Shown one piece after another: positions 39,412 to 52,400 of a stretch of 64,000 bases of DNA; position 1 is the stretch's first letter, and each line of letters opens with the position of its first letter. This DNA is from Prorocentrum cordatum (lineage: Eukaryota), in assembly GCA_963575745.1 (NCBI GenBank), contig CAUYUJ010000249.1:1-64000 (forward strand). Reading direction: 5' to 3'. The translations under genes were made by a program, and so were the position numbers. Below the pieces are notes generated by a model. It was not told the origin of the DNA and ran no database searches. It saw nothing but the letters and a program-made list of their open reading frames with translations.

Positions 39412-39447
39412 GCCATCACCGAGGAGAGCCAGAAGATCATCGACAAG
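39412..39447 (+). CDS. Micro-exon of unknown host gene (AITEESQKIIDK)
   Basis: CCAG acceptor and AAG|GTCAGC donor. All 12 codons end in G/C. Phase 0 joins the next exon. Confidence 0.55.
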
Positions 39448-42400
39448 GTCAGCAAGAGGGCGAAGGATCGGAGCGTCGTCGTCGTCGTGGTGTTCGCCGT
39501 CGTTGTGCTCGTCGCCGTCGTTGTGCTCGTCGCCGTCGTCGTCACCGTCGCAGTCGCCGTCGCCGTCGCCGTCGTCGTCGTCGTCGTCCTTCTGCACCGG
39601 TCCTCGTCGTCGTCGTCGCCAAGGTCAGCGGGGTCAGCAAGAGGGCAAAGGATCCATAGCTCATTTTGCCTCCTCCGATTCGACTCGACTCGATCTCGAC
39701 CGTTTCCGATTCCGATTCGATTCCTTTCGGATTCCGATTTGGATCTCGGTCCTGATTCGTGCTTCAGGGGCTCAAGCCGAAGTTACCCTGGACCAGAGTC
39801 ATCCCAGGTAACCCTGGCGTCCAACCATTCCAGGACCATCAAAGCTGGGTGTGGTCAGGGTAACTTATTGTTCACGCGTCGGGAGTCCAGACTGGAGTTA
39901 CCCCTGACCAGAGTTATCCCGGAAATTTGCAGCTTCTGCACGGAACGCACCTGGGCAATCATTGTCACGTGTAGCTCGTGGTGTCATTTTGCTGGGGTCC
40001 CGCGTGTCCCTCCCAGGCCAAGGCTCACTGCCTGAATTTGTACATTCCAGGTCGCCTTGTTGCGTTTGCCTGGAGATTCTCTGACTCTCACTGTGGCGTT
40101 TGATAGCCGAGGTGTCGAGCACTGGTGGTCGCGCTCCTTCTTCAGCTGAAGAAATGAAAACCCCGAGCAGAAAAAACAAAGACGGCCGGCGTAGATAGAT
40201 CCTCGTTCTCCTCGTCCTCGTCTCCTTGATGTTTGGGCGTTACACTTGTTTCACGTCGCCCATGTTTGCAGGGTTTCGGGGCCGTCGCCCATCGATCTTG
40301 CTCGAAGGGCGCGGTGGCAAGATGTAGCCCAAGAGTTCCAGCCGTGACGATGAATGTTATGTTTCTCGCAACGTCGGATCTTAGGATCTCTCCGGGCTGG
40401 AGATCCGTGCTCCTCTTCCTGCCTCTGGTCCTCCTCGCTGCCCCCCCGGGTCACGTTCCACCCTGGCCTCCAGCGGCACCACAGTGGGTACAGTCGGCCC
40501 TGATTGGACAGGACACGCGAGAGGACACCAGACCCTTCCGAGGGCCACATCGCCATAGGAGCGTAAGAAGGCACGTGTCGCGAGGCACAGGACGCAACGG
40601 TACCTTTGAGCTGGCAGGGTCGACCTACTAGTCCGGGCCGACTGTGCTCACTAATGTGTACTCTCCGGGTGCCCAAGAAGGGATACCACAGCTGGCATTC
40701 AGCAGCGGGGGCCCACTGACGCGCACCGCATGGGGACCTCGCGAACGACAGGTTACCACTTTCGGACCTCTCTCAGGCATGGCAGCGCTGCCCGCACTGG
40801 AAAGGGCTGCGTCATCCCGGCACCTGGCCACGGTGCAAATCGCTCGGGCGGCCGGGGCGCCCCCTCCCTCCCCCCCCCTCTCCTCGCCTGGCCTTCCCTT
40901 CTCCTCGCCGGTTGCCCCCTCCCTTCCTCCCCCCCCCCCTCCTCGCGTGGCCTCCCCTCCTCCTCGCCTTCAGTCGGGCCTGTCCCTCTACAGTGGGAAT
41001 ATTCAAAGATAGCGAAAAAATAGTCTGGAGAAGATTGTCTGACCATTATTGAATTTGTTTTGGGTATGTTTCGACTATTGTTTATTTTTTGTCCAAAATC
41101 CCCCCCTTAGGAAGACATGTCGACTTAATCCTTGCCCATGCTCCCCCCCCCCTCCTCCTCGCCTGGGCTCCCCATTCGCCGCTTCACCCTTTCGGCTTCC
41201 CGCCTCCCTGCTGCCCAGCGCGGGGGCGGTGGGGGGGGAGGGGGAGGAGGAAGAGGAGGAGGAGGAGGAGGAGGAGGAAGAGGAGGAGGAGGAGGAGGAG
41301 GAGGAGGAGGAGGACGAGGAGGAGGAGGAGGAGGAGGAGGAGGAGGAGGAGGAGGGAGGAGGAGGAGGAGGAGGAGGAGGGGGGGACGCCTGCTCCTGCG
41401 GCTCGCCCGCCGCCCCGCGCTCCCTTGGGGGCGGCAGCCCGCCCCGAGCCCGCCCGCAGCGCCAGAGGAAGGGCCTCCCCCACGGCCGCTAGCTCCTTAC
41501 CCGAGCTGATCCGCAGTCCTCCCCTCCTCGCTCCCCCTCTTGCTGCCATAAGAAAAGGCAGGGGCCATGCTTCGGATGGCACGCCAGTCGTCGAAAGTCG
41601 GTACGACTGGATTCTCAGATCCCAATCTGCTTTGGGCGCCTTCCTACTTCAAGGATCGACTGGTTTCCTTCTTCCCTCCTCTTCAGGGGTCGGGCGGAAG
41701 CCCAATGTACTTCCAACGCCTCCCTGCTTTATGTCTCTACCCACTTCTTCCGACCGGCGTGTATGTTTTTCCAGTCAGCCCCCGGGGGCGCACGCGTGGG
41801 ACCCGGCCACTCCCCGGCCCGGGCGTGTTGGGGTGCTGGGGTCGCCGCGGCCCTTTGGGGGGGCCCCTTCGTGGGGGAGCACGGCGACCCCGAACGCCCG
41901 GGGGGAGGGGGGGCGGGCGGTAACGGGGGTGACCCCAATGGGGGGGTGCAGAAAAGGGGCCTACATGGGGCCCTCCAGGGCCCCTTTTTGGCCCCTTGCT
42001 GGCTCCACGAGGCCCTCAAGCGGCCCTTTGGGGCCCCTTTCTCCACCCCCCCGTTTCGGTCACCCCCCATTCCCAGACATGCGACGTCAATACTCAGGAG
42101 GGGAAGAAACACACAGACACAATTAATCGTCGATTCCCAGGAAAATAATGGAAAATTTGGGAAGTGGGGGGAAAACAAAAACATAGAAAATATGGGAAAA
42201 TATTTGGAATCTATTTATTTGTGTGTATCTATTTGTGTGTCCCAGTTCCCCTTCAAATACGCGCGGTCCCCGAAAGTCCCGACCCTTCCTCCGGGACCGA
42301 TCTTGTATCCCGAGTCGTTGTTATAGACGGTTCCGGGGCCCGGCGAGGGCCCCTTGGAGGCCGAAAATTGCCCAAAGCCTCCCGTCGCGATTTTTTGAGT

Positions 42401-42714
42401 CGACGTGACCACCCGCCCGAGCATCGGCGGCGGCATGGCCGGCGGGAGGGGGGGGGAAGGAGGCGAAGGAAGGGAGGGAAGGGGGGAAGGAGAGGCGGAC
42501 ACGCCACGGCCCCCCGGCAGCGCCCGGCCGAAAGCCCTCCCTGGCCGAAGCCCAGGGTGGGAGGGAGGGAGGCAGGATGGGATGGGTGGGGCCTCCCCCC
42601 CCTCCTCCCCTCCCACCCCCTCCTCCCTCCTCCCCCCTCCTCCCTCCTCCCCTCCTCCCCCCCTCCTCCCTCCTCCCCCCCTCCCCCCTCCTCCCTGGGG
42701 CAGCGGTCGTCGAG

Positions 42715-42749
42715 GCGCAGGATGTATGGGCCTGGCTGCTCAATCCGCC
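42715..42749 (+). CDS. Micro-exon (AQDVWAWLLNP+CC)
   Basis: AG acceptor at 42713-14 and GT donor at 42750. Ends in phase 2, compatible with the 43643 exon. Confidence 0.5.
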
Positions 42750-43642
42750 GTGTCGGCGCGCACGGCACTGCCGAGTCTGCCCGGTCGCCCATTGGCGTCC
42801 TTCTCTCGTTTGCAAAGCAGTCTTGGGTTCTTGCTAGGCTTCAGTCGGGCCCGTCCCTCTACAGGAGATATGTTCAAAAACAGTCAAAGCAATAGTCTGG
42901 GGACTTGATTTGAAGTTTTTTTTTGCCATTTTGGAGCATCTTTTGAGTTTTTGTTTGTATTTTTCGTCGAGAATCCCCCTGTAGGGGGACAGGCCCGACT
43001 TAGGCAGTCCTGCCATGTTCAATCTCCTCCTATGCCACCGCGGAGCGGGGCGACACGCCATCCGCCATCGCAGGGCATGGCGTGTCGCCGGGGCCGCCGC
43101 GGCGACACGCCAAGGAGACGGTCGTGAGGTAGACGGGTCTTGGACCCCAGGATTTCCGGAGGATCAGCCCTAAGCTTTATCCCGAGTCGTTCTCCTTGAC
43201 GGCCCCGGGGCCCGTGGAGGGCACCAGGGGCTCCAGAGCGGCGAACCAAATTCGGGGCCCCCCGATGCGGGGGCGTATCCATATAGCAACCGCATGGGGG
43301 TGGTTGTGGATAAAACCTCAGACTTGCACACCCCTTCTTTTGACGGCCGCCGATGCGCTTGTTTCAATCCGCAGCTCCAGAGGTTCCGACCGCTTTCACG
43401 GGGGCAGTTTCTCGCCCCAGAACAATGTTTGATAAGCCTGGGGCCCGACAACTGAGCGACGCAGAAAAAGGGGGTCGTGTTCACCAGCATTGGCGCGTAA
43501 GCTGCCCGCGCAAGGTCGCGCGTAAGCGCCCTCGCTTCCAGTGTGGCGTGACGCGCTGGCGGCCTGCGTAAGCCGCCGCCTGAGGTATCTGGGCCTTCTC
43601 GCGTGAGTCCCGTTTCTCTTACGTCGCCCAAATGCCCTCGAG

Positions 43643-43673
43643 GGCCGAGCTGGAGGAGGAGCGCCTAGAATCT
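43643..43673 (+). CDS. Micro-exon (G+AELEEERLES)
   Basis: AG acceptor at 43641-42 completes the CC|G Pro codon. GC donor GCAAGC at 43674. Confidence 0.5.
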
Positions 43674-44957
43674 GCAAGCACATCGCCGGATAGCGCTGCC
43701 TGCTCCGCGCTGACCTCCCCGCCCGTGGCCGCGGGGCGCGGCCCCCCTCCCCCCCCCCCCCCCTCAGGCCGCCCAGGACGGCAAGCTCAAAGGCGCACCC
43801 TGGCGCGCCGCGCAGCCCCAGGCGCTCCTCCTCGTCGTCGTCCTCTTCCTCCTCCTCCTCCTCCTCCTCCTCCTCCTCCTCCTCCTCCTCCTCCCCGGCC
43901 GGTGCCGCCCGTTTCAGACAAAGCTCGGGGGGAGGCGAGGGCGTCGTGCTGGTGTTCGCTCTGGGCCTCCCAGGTTGGAAGGCCACATGCGAGCCCTACC
44001 CCACCACTCCATGATTTATGAGAGGAGGAGGCGGTGTTCACTTCGCGCGGGAGGTCCGCAACGAAGTGAACCCCACCTCCCCTCCTAGAAATCGTGGGGT
44101 GGTGGGGTAGGGTTCGCATGTGACCTTCTACAGGTGAGGTTCGAGCAGATGGGTCGAAGAAGCGCCCCGCATCGCCCATGCATGGGCGATGCTCCGCCGA
44201 TGCATCGCAGACGTCGCCGACGCATCGCCAATGTATCGCCGATGCATCGGCGATGCGGCGCGATCATCCGACCCCATCCACTCGGTCCCCATCTAGAAGG
44301 CCTCTATCAATGTTCCTGTTCCCTGAGTTTCGGGGCCGTTTTTTTCGCACAGGGCGCTTACGCCCAGTTCCAGGCCACGAGCCGATCAGGCTGGGAAACA
44401 CGCAGCAGAAAAGGTAGGGTCTCGTGATGTTGCAGTTGATTCGCAACGTCGGATCTTAGGGTTGGTCTCTTTGCAGTTGGCGCGTGTATTCACGCAGGCC
44501 CAGAGTTTTCCTTTGGATCCCCAGGTGCCGTGCTCCTCCCACGCTCTAGAATCACAGCATTGCCTCACAGACTCCTACGCGCGTGGATCCAGACCCCTGA
44601 TGTGCATGCACGTTCTCTTTTGCATGTATATTTGTGTGAATGGGTAACTTTGCGTGTATAGTTCTTTACATATCTATACACATATCTATACGTATCAGAG
44701 TGACGGGGCCGAACGGTCATTTCATTCATTGTCCCTGGGTGCGTGCCTGAATAGGGAATGTGTGATGAGAAGTCTGCTTGTTGCGTTGAATTCTCATTTC
44801 TGAAGAATAGTTACGGTTGATCCCCCTCACCGGTGCATATTGTTTTTTCTCAATCAAAGTGTGCCCCTCGACGCTCGCACCCTGTTTTTTGAAAGGGAAA
44901 GTCTTGATGCTCAAACTGTGCCCATGGCCCCCCGGATTACAACAACAATTACAACAA

Positions 44958-45430
44958 CGGCTCCCGCTTGAGATTTCCGCCATATTTACTCAGGACACCC
45001 GTTCCCGCTTAAGAAATCTTCACAATTGACTCAGGCTCGGTGCTCCCGCTTGCGACTTCCTCGCAATTTAGTCAGGACCCCCGCTCCCATCTGAGACTTC
45101 CTCACAATTTACTCAGGAACGGCGCTCCCGCTTGAGATTTCCTCGCAATTCGCATTTCTTTAAGACCCCCGCTCCCGCCAGCGAACCCCTCACATTTTAT
45201 TCAGGAGTCGCGCTCTCGCCTGTGATTTCCATGCAAATTATGCAGAACTCGCGCTTTCGACGCTCAGGAAACACGCTGCGCCAAGGACGCCGTCACACTT
45301 TACTTAGGAATCGCGCTCTCGCCAGACTCGGGCATCCCGCTTGAATGTCCCACCCGCCCGACCCGCCCGTCAGGGGATCGCCCGCCCGTCGTGGGCTCCC
45401 GCCCGAGACTTCCTTCAGGAATGGCGCTTT
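44958..45430. repeat. ~41-bp minisatellite (GCTCCCGCTTGAGATTTCCTCGCAATTTACTCAGGA), degenerating rightward
   Basis: Units at about 44961, 45003, 45043, 45084, 45125, 45172 and 45213. Confidence 0.85.
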
Positions 45431-45625
45431 CGCTTAGGACTTCCTCGAACGTTCACGCTCTTACCTTCCTGCTCCTCCTCCCTCTCCCTCCTCCCTCCTC
45501 CCTTCTCTCTCCCTCCTCTCTTCCCTCATCCTTATGCCTCTCTGCCCTATCCCCTTTCCCTCCTCTCCCTCATCCCTTCTCCCTTCCCTCTCCTGCCTCC
45601 TCCCTCTTTCTTTCTTTCTTTCTTT

Positions 45626-45666
<41 letters not shown>

Positions 45667-45837
45667 CTCTCTCTACCTCCCTTATCTGTCTTTCTTTCTT
45701 TCTCTCTCTCTCTCTTTCATACCCTCTCTCTCTCTGCCTCGAATCAACTGCCCCCCTCTTCGCTCCTTCTTTCCTGGCGTTGTCCCTCTTCCTTCGTCCC
45801 TCCCCCCTCCCTTCCTCCCGCTCTCCCTCGTTCTCTC

Positions 45838-46328
45838 CTGCTGGTGGGTCCAGCGGAGTGAGGAAACGCGCGGATCTGAGCGGGACCTCCCCGTCCTTGG
45901 GGGGCTGCGATCTGCGAAATTGTCGCCACTTGCGAGGGTTGCTGGGCGGAGTGAGGCACCGCGCGGATCTGAGCGGGACCTCCCCGTCCCTGGGGGCTGC
46001 GATCTGCGAACTTGTCGCCACTTTCGAGGGCTGCTGGTGGGTCCAGCGGCGAGGGACACCGCGCGGATCTGAGCGGGACCTCCCCGTCCCTGGAGGGCTG
46101 CGATCTGCGACATTGTCGCCACTTTCGAGGGCTGCTGGTGGGTCCTGCGGAGTGAGGCATCGCGCGGATCTGAGCGGGACCTCCCCGTCCCTGGGGGGCT
46201 GCGATCTGCGAACTTGTCGCCACTTTCGAGGGCTGCTGTTGGGCTCGCCACTTTCGAGGGCTGCTCGTGAGTCCAGCGGAGTGAGGCAATGCGCAGACTT
46301 GAGCGGGACCTCCCCGTCCTTAGGGGGC
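45838..46328. repeat. ~100-bp tandem repeat, 5 units (CGCGCGGATCTGAGCGGGACCTCCCCGTCC..GGGGCTGCGATCTGCGAA.TTGTCGCCACTTTCGAGGG)
   Basis: Core at about 45868, 45960, 46060, 46161 and 46291. Confidence 0.92.
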
Positions 46329-47998
46329 CATGTCATGTTGTTGCTGCCCCCCCGACGTTTCAAGCCCCTTGTCCACCGTCTCCTTTTGGACCTTGCGTCT
46401 TCCTTAGTGACTCAGGGGTTCACTTCGTTACTCACCGGATTTCCATTGATTGAGGGCCTGCGAACCTCCCGACCGCCGCTCGCAGAAGTATATGCGTCCA
46501 TGTCACGTCGCCGCCTTCTCGTCAAATCTCCCAAGCTTCTCCTGCCTCGCATTGCGCGGGGGTTGAGTACGTCGCCAGGGTAGTTTTATGTTTCAGGCTT
46601 ACGCCACATCCGCCGACCCCTTGATTCACTCGCAGCCTTGGAGGCTTCTTGGGGCAGCCTGGGGTTGTCTGGGGGTATGCTGCTTTGTGGGCTCTAGGGC
46701 CATCTTGGGGCTTTCTTGGACCTCGCGTGGCGGCTCCCTTTCGGTGACTCGTGGCCTTCATGGACTGTTTGGGAGCTCCGTTGGGCCGTCCTGGTTCGCT
46801 GTGGCGCTCTCTAGCCCCCCATGGCGCGTTCGCGCGGGGTCGTCTGGGGCCGTGTGGGGGGGTTAAACATCCGGTTCGGGGTCCCGGGGGGGTGGGATTA
46901 TGGGGTGGGAAGAATATCACACGCCTGGAGACCCGCAAGGGGTTTCCTTTACGTGTAGTTCGCGAAGGAGAGGAGAGGCGGGGATGAGGCGAAAGAGCCT
47001 TCTTGCATCCCCCCTTCCCTCTCCAGATCAAACGGACGGGGCTTGAAGGGGAGGGGTTTGCGGGGGGGGGGGGCATCTGACGCGCCGATGACACTGGGAG
47101 GTGTTCGCGGGTGTTTTCAAGGCGTCGTAGGTGCAAACGCCCGCTGCTCGTGATCACCTCCCGAGTAAAATCTGCAAAAAATCGGTCCCCGGTCCGTTCT
47201 AGGGGTTGTTGCGGTCCTCGTGTGGGTTTCTATTGCTTCGTCTCCTTTTGTCTCTGTTTGTCGCTTCTCGGTGTGCCGGATTTGGGTCAGTCCGTGCTCG
47301 GTGTCTGTCGTGTCGGTTTGATGTCGGACTCTCAGCTTGGTAGAATGGCACAACGCGGAGCAGGACAGCGCGCATCTGTGGCGCGGCGCTGTCACCTTCG
47401 ATGTGTTCAGCGTCGCCATTTCCCGCTGCTCGAATTTACGCGCCTTCAGACATCACCATGTGTGGCTGTCCTGCACCTCTTCTGGGTTTCGTGGGTCCAC
47501 CAGGTTGACAGTCTTGGGCTCCACGGTTGGCTTATGGAGGCTGAGCCCCGGATTCGTTCCTGAGCGGCGGGGGCCCGAGAGCCGCCCCTGGAGGCCCAAA
47601 ACAACGCGGGACCGGGATGGAGGAGGAATCGGGGGAGGAGGAGGAGGAGGAGGAGGAGGAGGAGGGTTGAGGATGGGGAGGGGGCCGATTTAGGAGGGAG
47701 CAGGAGGGAGCAGGAGGAGGAGGATGAGGAGGAGAAGGACGCGGAGGAGGAGGAGGAGGAGGAGTTGGAACAGGCGGGTGAGGAGGAGGGTGAACAATAG
47801 ACTGGGGGCCCATGTGGAGAAACATTCCGCTTCGCTCAAGGGCGCCCTAGGTTTTTGTCGACGGTTCTATGAAGGAAAGCGCCGCGTCCCCATGCCGAAA
47901 AACGAGGGGCACCCTTGGGTTTCAGGGTTCTGTTTCTTGCGGAAGGTGTCTTGTGATGGAGCCCCCACTGCACTCAAAAAGCGCGACGAGAACTCGAG

Positions 47999-48054
47999 AT
48001 CCTGCGCGAGCTCCAGCGAGACATCGACGACTACGAGGACGAACGCTGCCGAAG
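47999..48054 (+). CDS. Micro-exon (ILRELQRDIDDYEDERCR+AG)
   Basis: AG acceptor at 47997-98 and AG|GT donor at 48055. Strongly protein-like and in phase with the previous exon. Confidence 0.55.
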
Positions 48055-48234
48055 GTTGACGACGACGACGCCGGCGACGGCGCTGACGACGACGATGATG
48101 ACGACGACGACGACGACGACGGCGCTGACGACGACGATGATGACGACGACGACGACGACGACGACTACGACGCTCTCCCTCCCCCACCGCAGCCACCCCA
48201 GACTTGGTCTACGATTTTGATTGGTCGATTTTGT

Positions 48235-49440
48235 TTTTCCGGCTGACATTCTGGCCGTTTGATAGGATACCGCACGACGTAGGTGAGATGGAAGGCACGA
48301 AACATTTATTGCGGGTGCTGCGAGGGGAGAGCGTGAATTGTGATGAGTGGGAGGCGGAACTAATGCCACGAGACCAGTGCGAGCGCTGCCGTCGGAGATT
48401 GCTGGTAGAGGTGTTCACGAAATACGAGTTCCAGAGGAAGGAAAGGCCCGCATTCTGCAAAGAGTGCACGCAAGCGATGAAGATCGCGGACGAGAAATGG
48501 TGCGCGACGTGCAGAGTGTGGGCAACGAGAGCCGAGAGTCACGATGCGAGTCGACATGGTATCGGTCGGGACACGGATGCAGCGCCGGACGGCGCGGAGA
48601 CAAAAAGGATTCGGTCAATGCACTGCGTGAAGTGCAGCCACGTCAAAGCCAAGCAGAAGTCGCGGAGCGGCAACGCGAACTGGAATGAGAGCGTTGGAAC
48701 TGTGCGATGTTCAAACCAGACGTGTCTGTCGCTGTTTGACGAGCATGCGGAAATGTCGGATGCACAGAAAAACACAATTCAGCGGGGGAGAGGCTCTATC
48801 GGAAATGCGCGGAGGGGCGAGGTAACGAGGCGCGGCGGGAGAATGCGGAGGCAGCGAATCGCACACAGAAGGCCGAGGCGGACGCGAAGCCGCTGACGTG
48901 CTGCGTGCCAGGATGCGGGGTGAGTTTTTCAGGGGCAGGCCATTTGAATAGCAACCAGGTGGAGGATCATAGGAGGACGGGACAACGAGTGGTTTGCGGC
49001 GATTGTAGCAAACGCGGCAGGACGGCGAAGGAGGTATCGGATGCGGCGAAACGGTTGAAGAGAGAGCTCACGTGCGCGGCGTGCAAGAAAGGGTTCGTTC
49101 GGCAGGAGCACATGAGCGCAGAACCGGAGAGCAGGCACTTCACGAAGAGTCTTAAAGTTGCATGCGCAGATTGCATTGCCGTCGGGTTCACGTATCGCGG
49201 TTGGGAAGCCTTTCAGTGAAGTGGCAAGTGCCAGAGGAAATTGGCAAAGTCGGCTTTCTCCGTGAAAGCGGGCAATGTGGCGCGTGACGAGAAGAGGGGA
49301 ACCCTGAAGTGCAAGGCGCGCAACTGATACCAGCAGGGCGCCCGTGCCATGGCGAGTACAAGTGGGAACACCGGGGGGCCGAACGAGAGGGAGGATCCCA
49401 AAAACCCGATGAAGAGAGGAACGCAAAGAAAGTGAAAACA
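48235..49440 (+). pseudogene. Decayed intronless coding fragment with tandem CxxC zinc-finger pairs (probably transposon-derived)
   Basis: CERC..FTKYEF..CKEC, CATC, CVKC, CSNQTC, CVPGC, CGDC, CAAC and CADC across frameshifts and stops. Confidence 0.6.
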
Positions 49441-52400
49441 GAGGAGGAGGAAGACGGGGAGGATGAGGATGAGGAGCAGAGGATGAAAAAGGCGGGGAGG
49501 ACGAGGAGGAGGGGGAGGAAGGGGGAGGGCGAAGGGGAGGAAAAGGGACCGGATAAAGCCGACGAAGGCGACGCCGACGACGACGACGATAGAGGGTTCA
49601 TGGATGTTCGTTGGGATATCGTGTTGGCCTGTCGGGGGCCTCTCGGAACCAGGTTCGAGGCCTCTTGGATGCCGTTTTGGGACTTCTTTTGGGCCTCTGG
49701 GGGGCTTGGTGGGGCGTCTTGGGAGGCCTCCTGGGTGCCCCTTGGGGCCTCTTGGGAAGCCTCTTGGGGCTCTGGGGGCATCTTGGGGCCTCCTGGCGCC
49801 TCTTGGGGCCCCCTCTTGGCCCGTCTTGGGACCCTCTTAGGCCGTCTTGGGCGCCCCTTGGGCCGTCTTGGGGCCTTCATGGGCCGTCTCGGGGCCCTCT
49901 TGAAGACCTCATGGGCCGTCTTGTGGCGGTGTTGGGAACCTCCTGGGCCATCGTGGAACGTCGGAAATCAGAAAAGGCGAGAAGACTAAACATGTACGTC
50001 TTACTAAGGGAATGAGACCATTTTTGTGTCTGGGGGCCTTCTTGGTGCGCTTCTTGGAAGTCTCTTGGGCCATCTTGGAAGTCTCTTGGCCTGTTTTGGG
50101 GCCGTTTTGGGAGTCTTCGAGCGCTGGTTTGGCTATTCGAGGCCTCCTTGACCGTCTCGGGGGCCTCTTGGTGCGCTCTTGGCAAGTTTTTTTGCCTTTT
50201 GCCCCCTGCGGGAGGCACGAAAGCCGGGGTCGGCCGGGGCCGGGGGGGGGGGGTCAAATCTCCGGTTTGGGGCCCTTGGGGGGGGGTTAGGGGAGGAACT
50301 ATCGCACACGCGTAGAGACCCACCCACAAGGGGTCGGCGGATTCATTGTTTTGCCGATCGGCGCGGGCCCTCGTACCCCCCCTCCCCCCCCTGGAGTAGA
50401 TCTTGGCTGTTGTTTGGCGCCTGTTTCGAGCAGGTGGAGTTTCCCCTCATAGGACCCAGTGCTGCAAACAGTCGCACTAAGCAGAGTGTCGGAGCCAAAT
50501 CCCCCTCCTCCCCCCCCCTTCCGCCCAATGTCGAGACGCCGAATAAAACAACGCTCCCCTGGTGTCCTTTATGGCAGCACGACGGCCGTCGGATAGCGCT
50601 GGACCAGCCACTTCAATTTCATAGCCTTGGGCCGCAAGACAGCCACTGCGAGCCAGAGGGCACAGTGGCTGGGGTCGGAGGGGAGAAATCGCCAGAAGTC
50701 CAAGGTTTCGCGCGGAGTTGTCGGATCTGCGTTGGAACCCTGGCGGCGCCTCCGGCGCTGCCCCTGGCGCAATCGGCGCGTGCCATGGGCCACGGGGGGG
50801 GGGTCTGCGCCGATCCGTCTGAATGATTGTGCGCCTTCCTCTCTCCTTCCTCTTCCTTCAGAGCCCCACACCTCTTTCATCCGTCTCTCCGCCAGCGTGC
50901 TTTTGCCCAAGATGCTGGGAAGTCTGGGTCCGCATGCTCCTCCCTGCTGATCACTCCTTCTTCCTTTCGTAACTGCCCCACGTTCTCCAGCATATCGCCG
51001 CTGACCGCCTCGTATCTAAAGTTGTGTGTAGGTGCCCTCTGCGCCTGTAGCGCGCTTGGTTCGGCTACGCGCAGAGGGGGGCAGGGGGAGGGGGGAAACC
51101 TTCTTAGAAGCACCCCTGCTTCTTAGAAGGCGTGGCCCATATCTATCTATAGAAGGCGCGGGCCTTCTAAGAGGCAACCTCCTTTGAAGGAGCAATCCCC
51201 CCTCCCCCATCCCCCCCCCCCCCCCCCCCCGGCGCGCCGCCGCCAATTGGTGATCCCCCTCACCCCCCCCCCGTCCCCCCCACCCCTCCTCCGCCCGCCC
51301 CCTCCCCTCCTGGAGGTCCCCCTTCCGCATTAAACCCAGTCTTCCTGCGTAGCTTTGGGAGTGTCATCGATCTGGGACCATCCCTCCTCCCCCCCTTCCT
51401 CCTCCTCCTCCTCCTCCTTCCTCCTCCTCCTCCCTTCTCCTCCCTCCTCCTCCTCCCCCCCTCCTACCTCCCTCTGCTCCCTTGGCCTCGTCCTTGGCCC
51501 TGGGGCCCCTCAGTGCGTGCCCGCTGCCTGCGCTGCCTCGGCGGGGGGCCGGGCTGGGGCGGCTGGGGGCCGAGGAGCTGCTCCTCCTCTCTCCTCTCGC
51601 TCCTCCTCTCTCCTCCTCCTCCCTCCTCCTCCTCCTCCTCCTCCTCCTCCTCCTCCTCCTCCTCCCTCCCTCCCTCCCTCCCTCCCTCCCTCCCTCCCTC
51701 CCTCCCCTCCCTCCCTCCCTCCTCCCCCCTCTCCTCCCTCCTCCTCCCTCCTCCTCCTCCCCTCCTCCTCCTCCTTCTCCTCCTCCCCCTCCTCCTCCTC
51801 CTCCTCCTCCTCCTCCTCCTCTTCCTCCTCCTCGCCCTCCCCTCCTCGTAGACGGCCCAAGAGATCTCCAGGACACTCCCGAGGCAGCTCCCCAGGAGGG
51901 CCGAAGAGAGCCGCCCGGGGCCACCAGGAGGCCCCCTGGAGCCGCACAGGGAAACCGGTCGGAGGTCAAGGCGTTTGGGTGCACCTTGGGGCCGCCCCCG
52001 ACGAGGGTCCCCTGGGTGCACCAGCGCGGGAGGCGCACGCCATGGCATGAGAACTGTTCCGCCGCCGAGGGCGCCCGCCTCCCCCAGGGCCGTTGGACAA
52101 ATTGTGCACGCTGTTCTTCGCCCCCGAAGCTCCCAGAGGAGGAGAAGGTACCCATACCTCTACCCCCCGCCCGTCTTCCTCTTTGTTGAACCTCCTGGAA
52201 GGCCCTCGACGCCAACGCCGGATTCGCCTCGAAGTCCTAGTCAGAACGCACCCCAGGAGAGGTCTGGGGGGTAGCGCCTGCCCCCAGGGCGGCTGGACAA
52301 GTTTTTTGGTAGACCTCGAAGAAGAGCAAAACGCCATAAGCATCAACTTTAGTCGCTCCGCGTGGATTTCTTGGATCCGCTCGGGGCCCCCCTGGGGCGC

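Noticed and set aside
50640..52060. Exon-like segments at ~50690 and ~51950
   Set aside because: They appear to be diverged copies of each other (a dispersed repeat) and do not phase with the exon chain.
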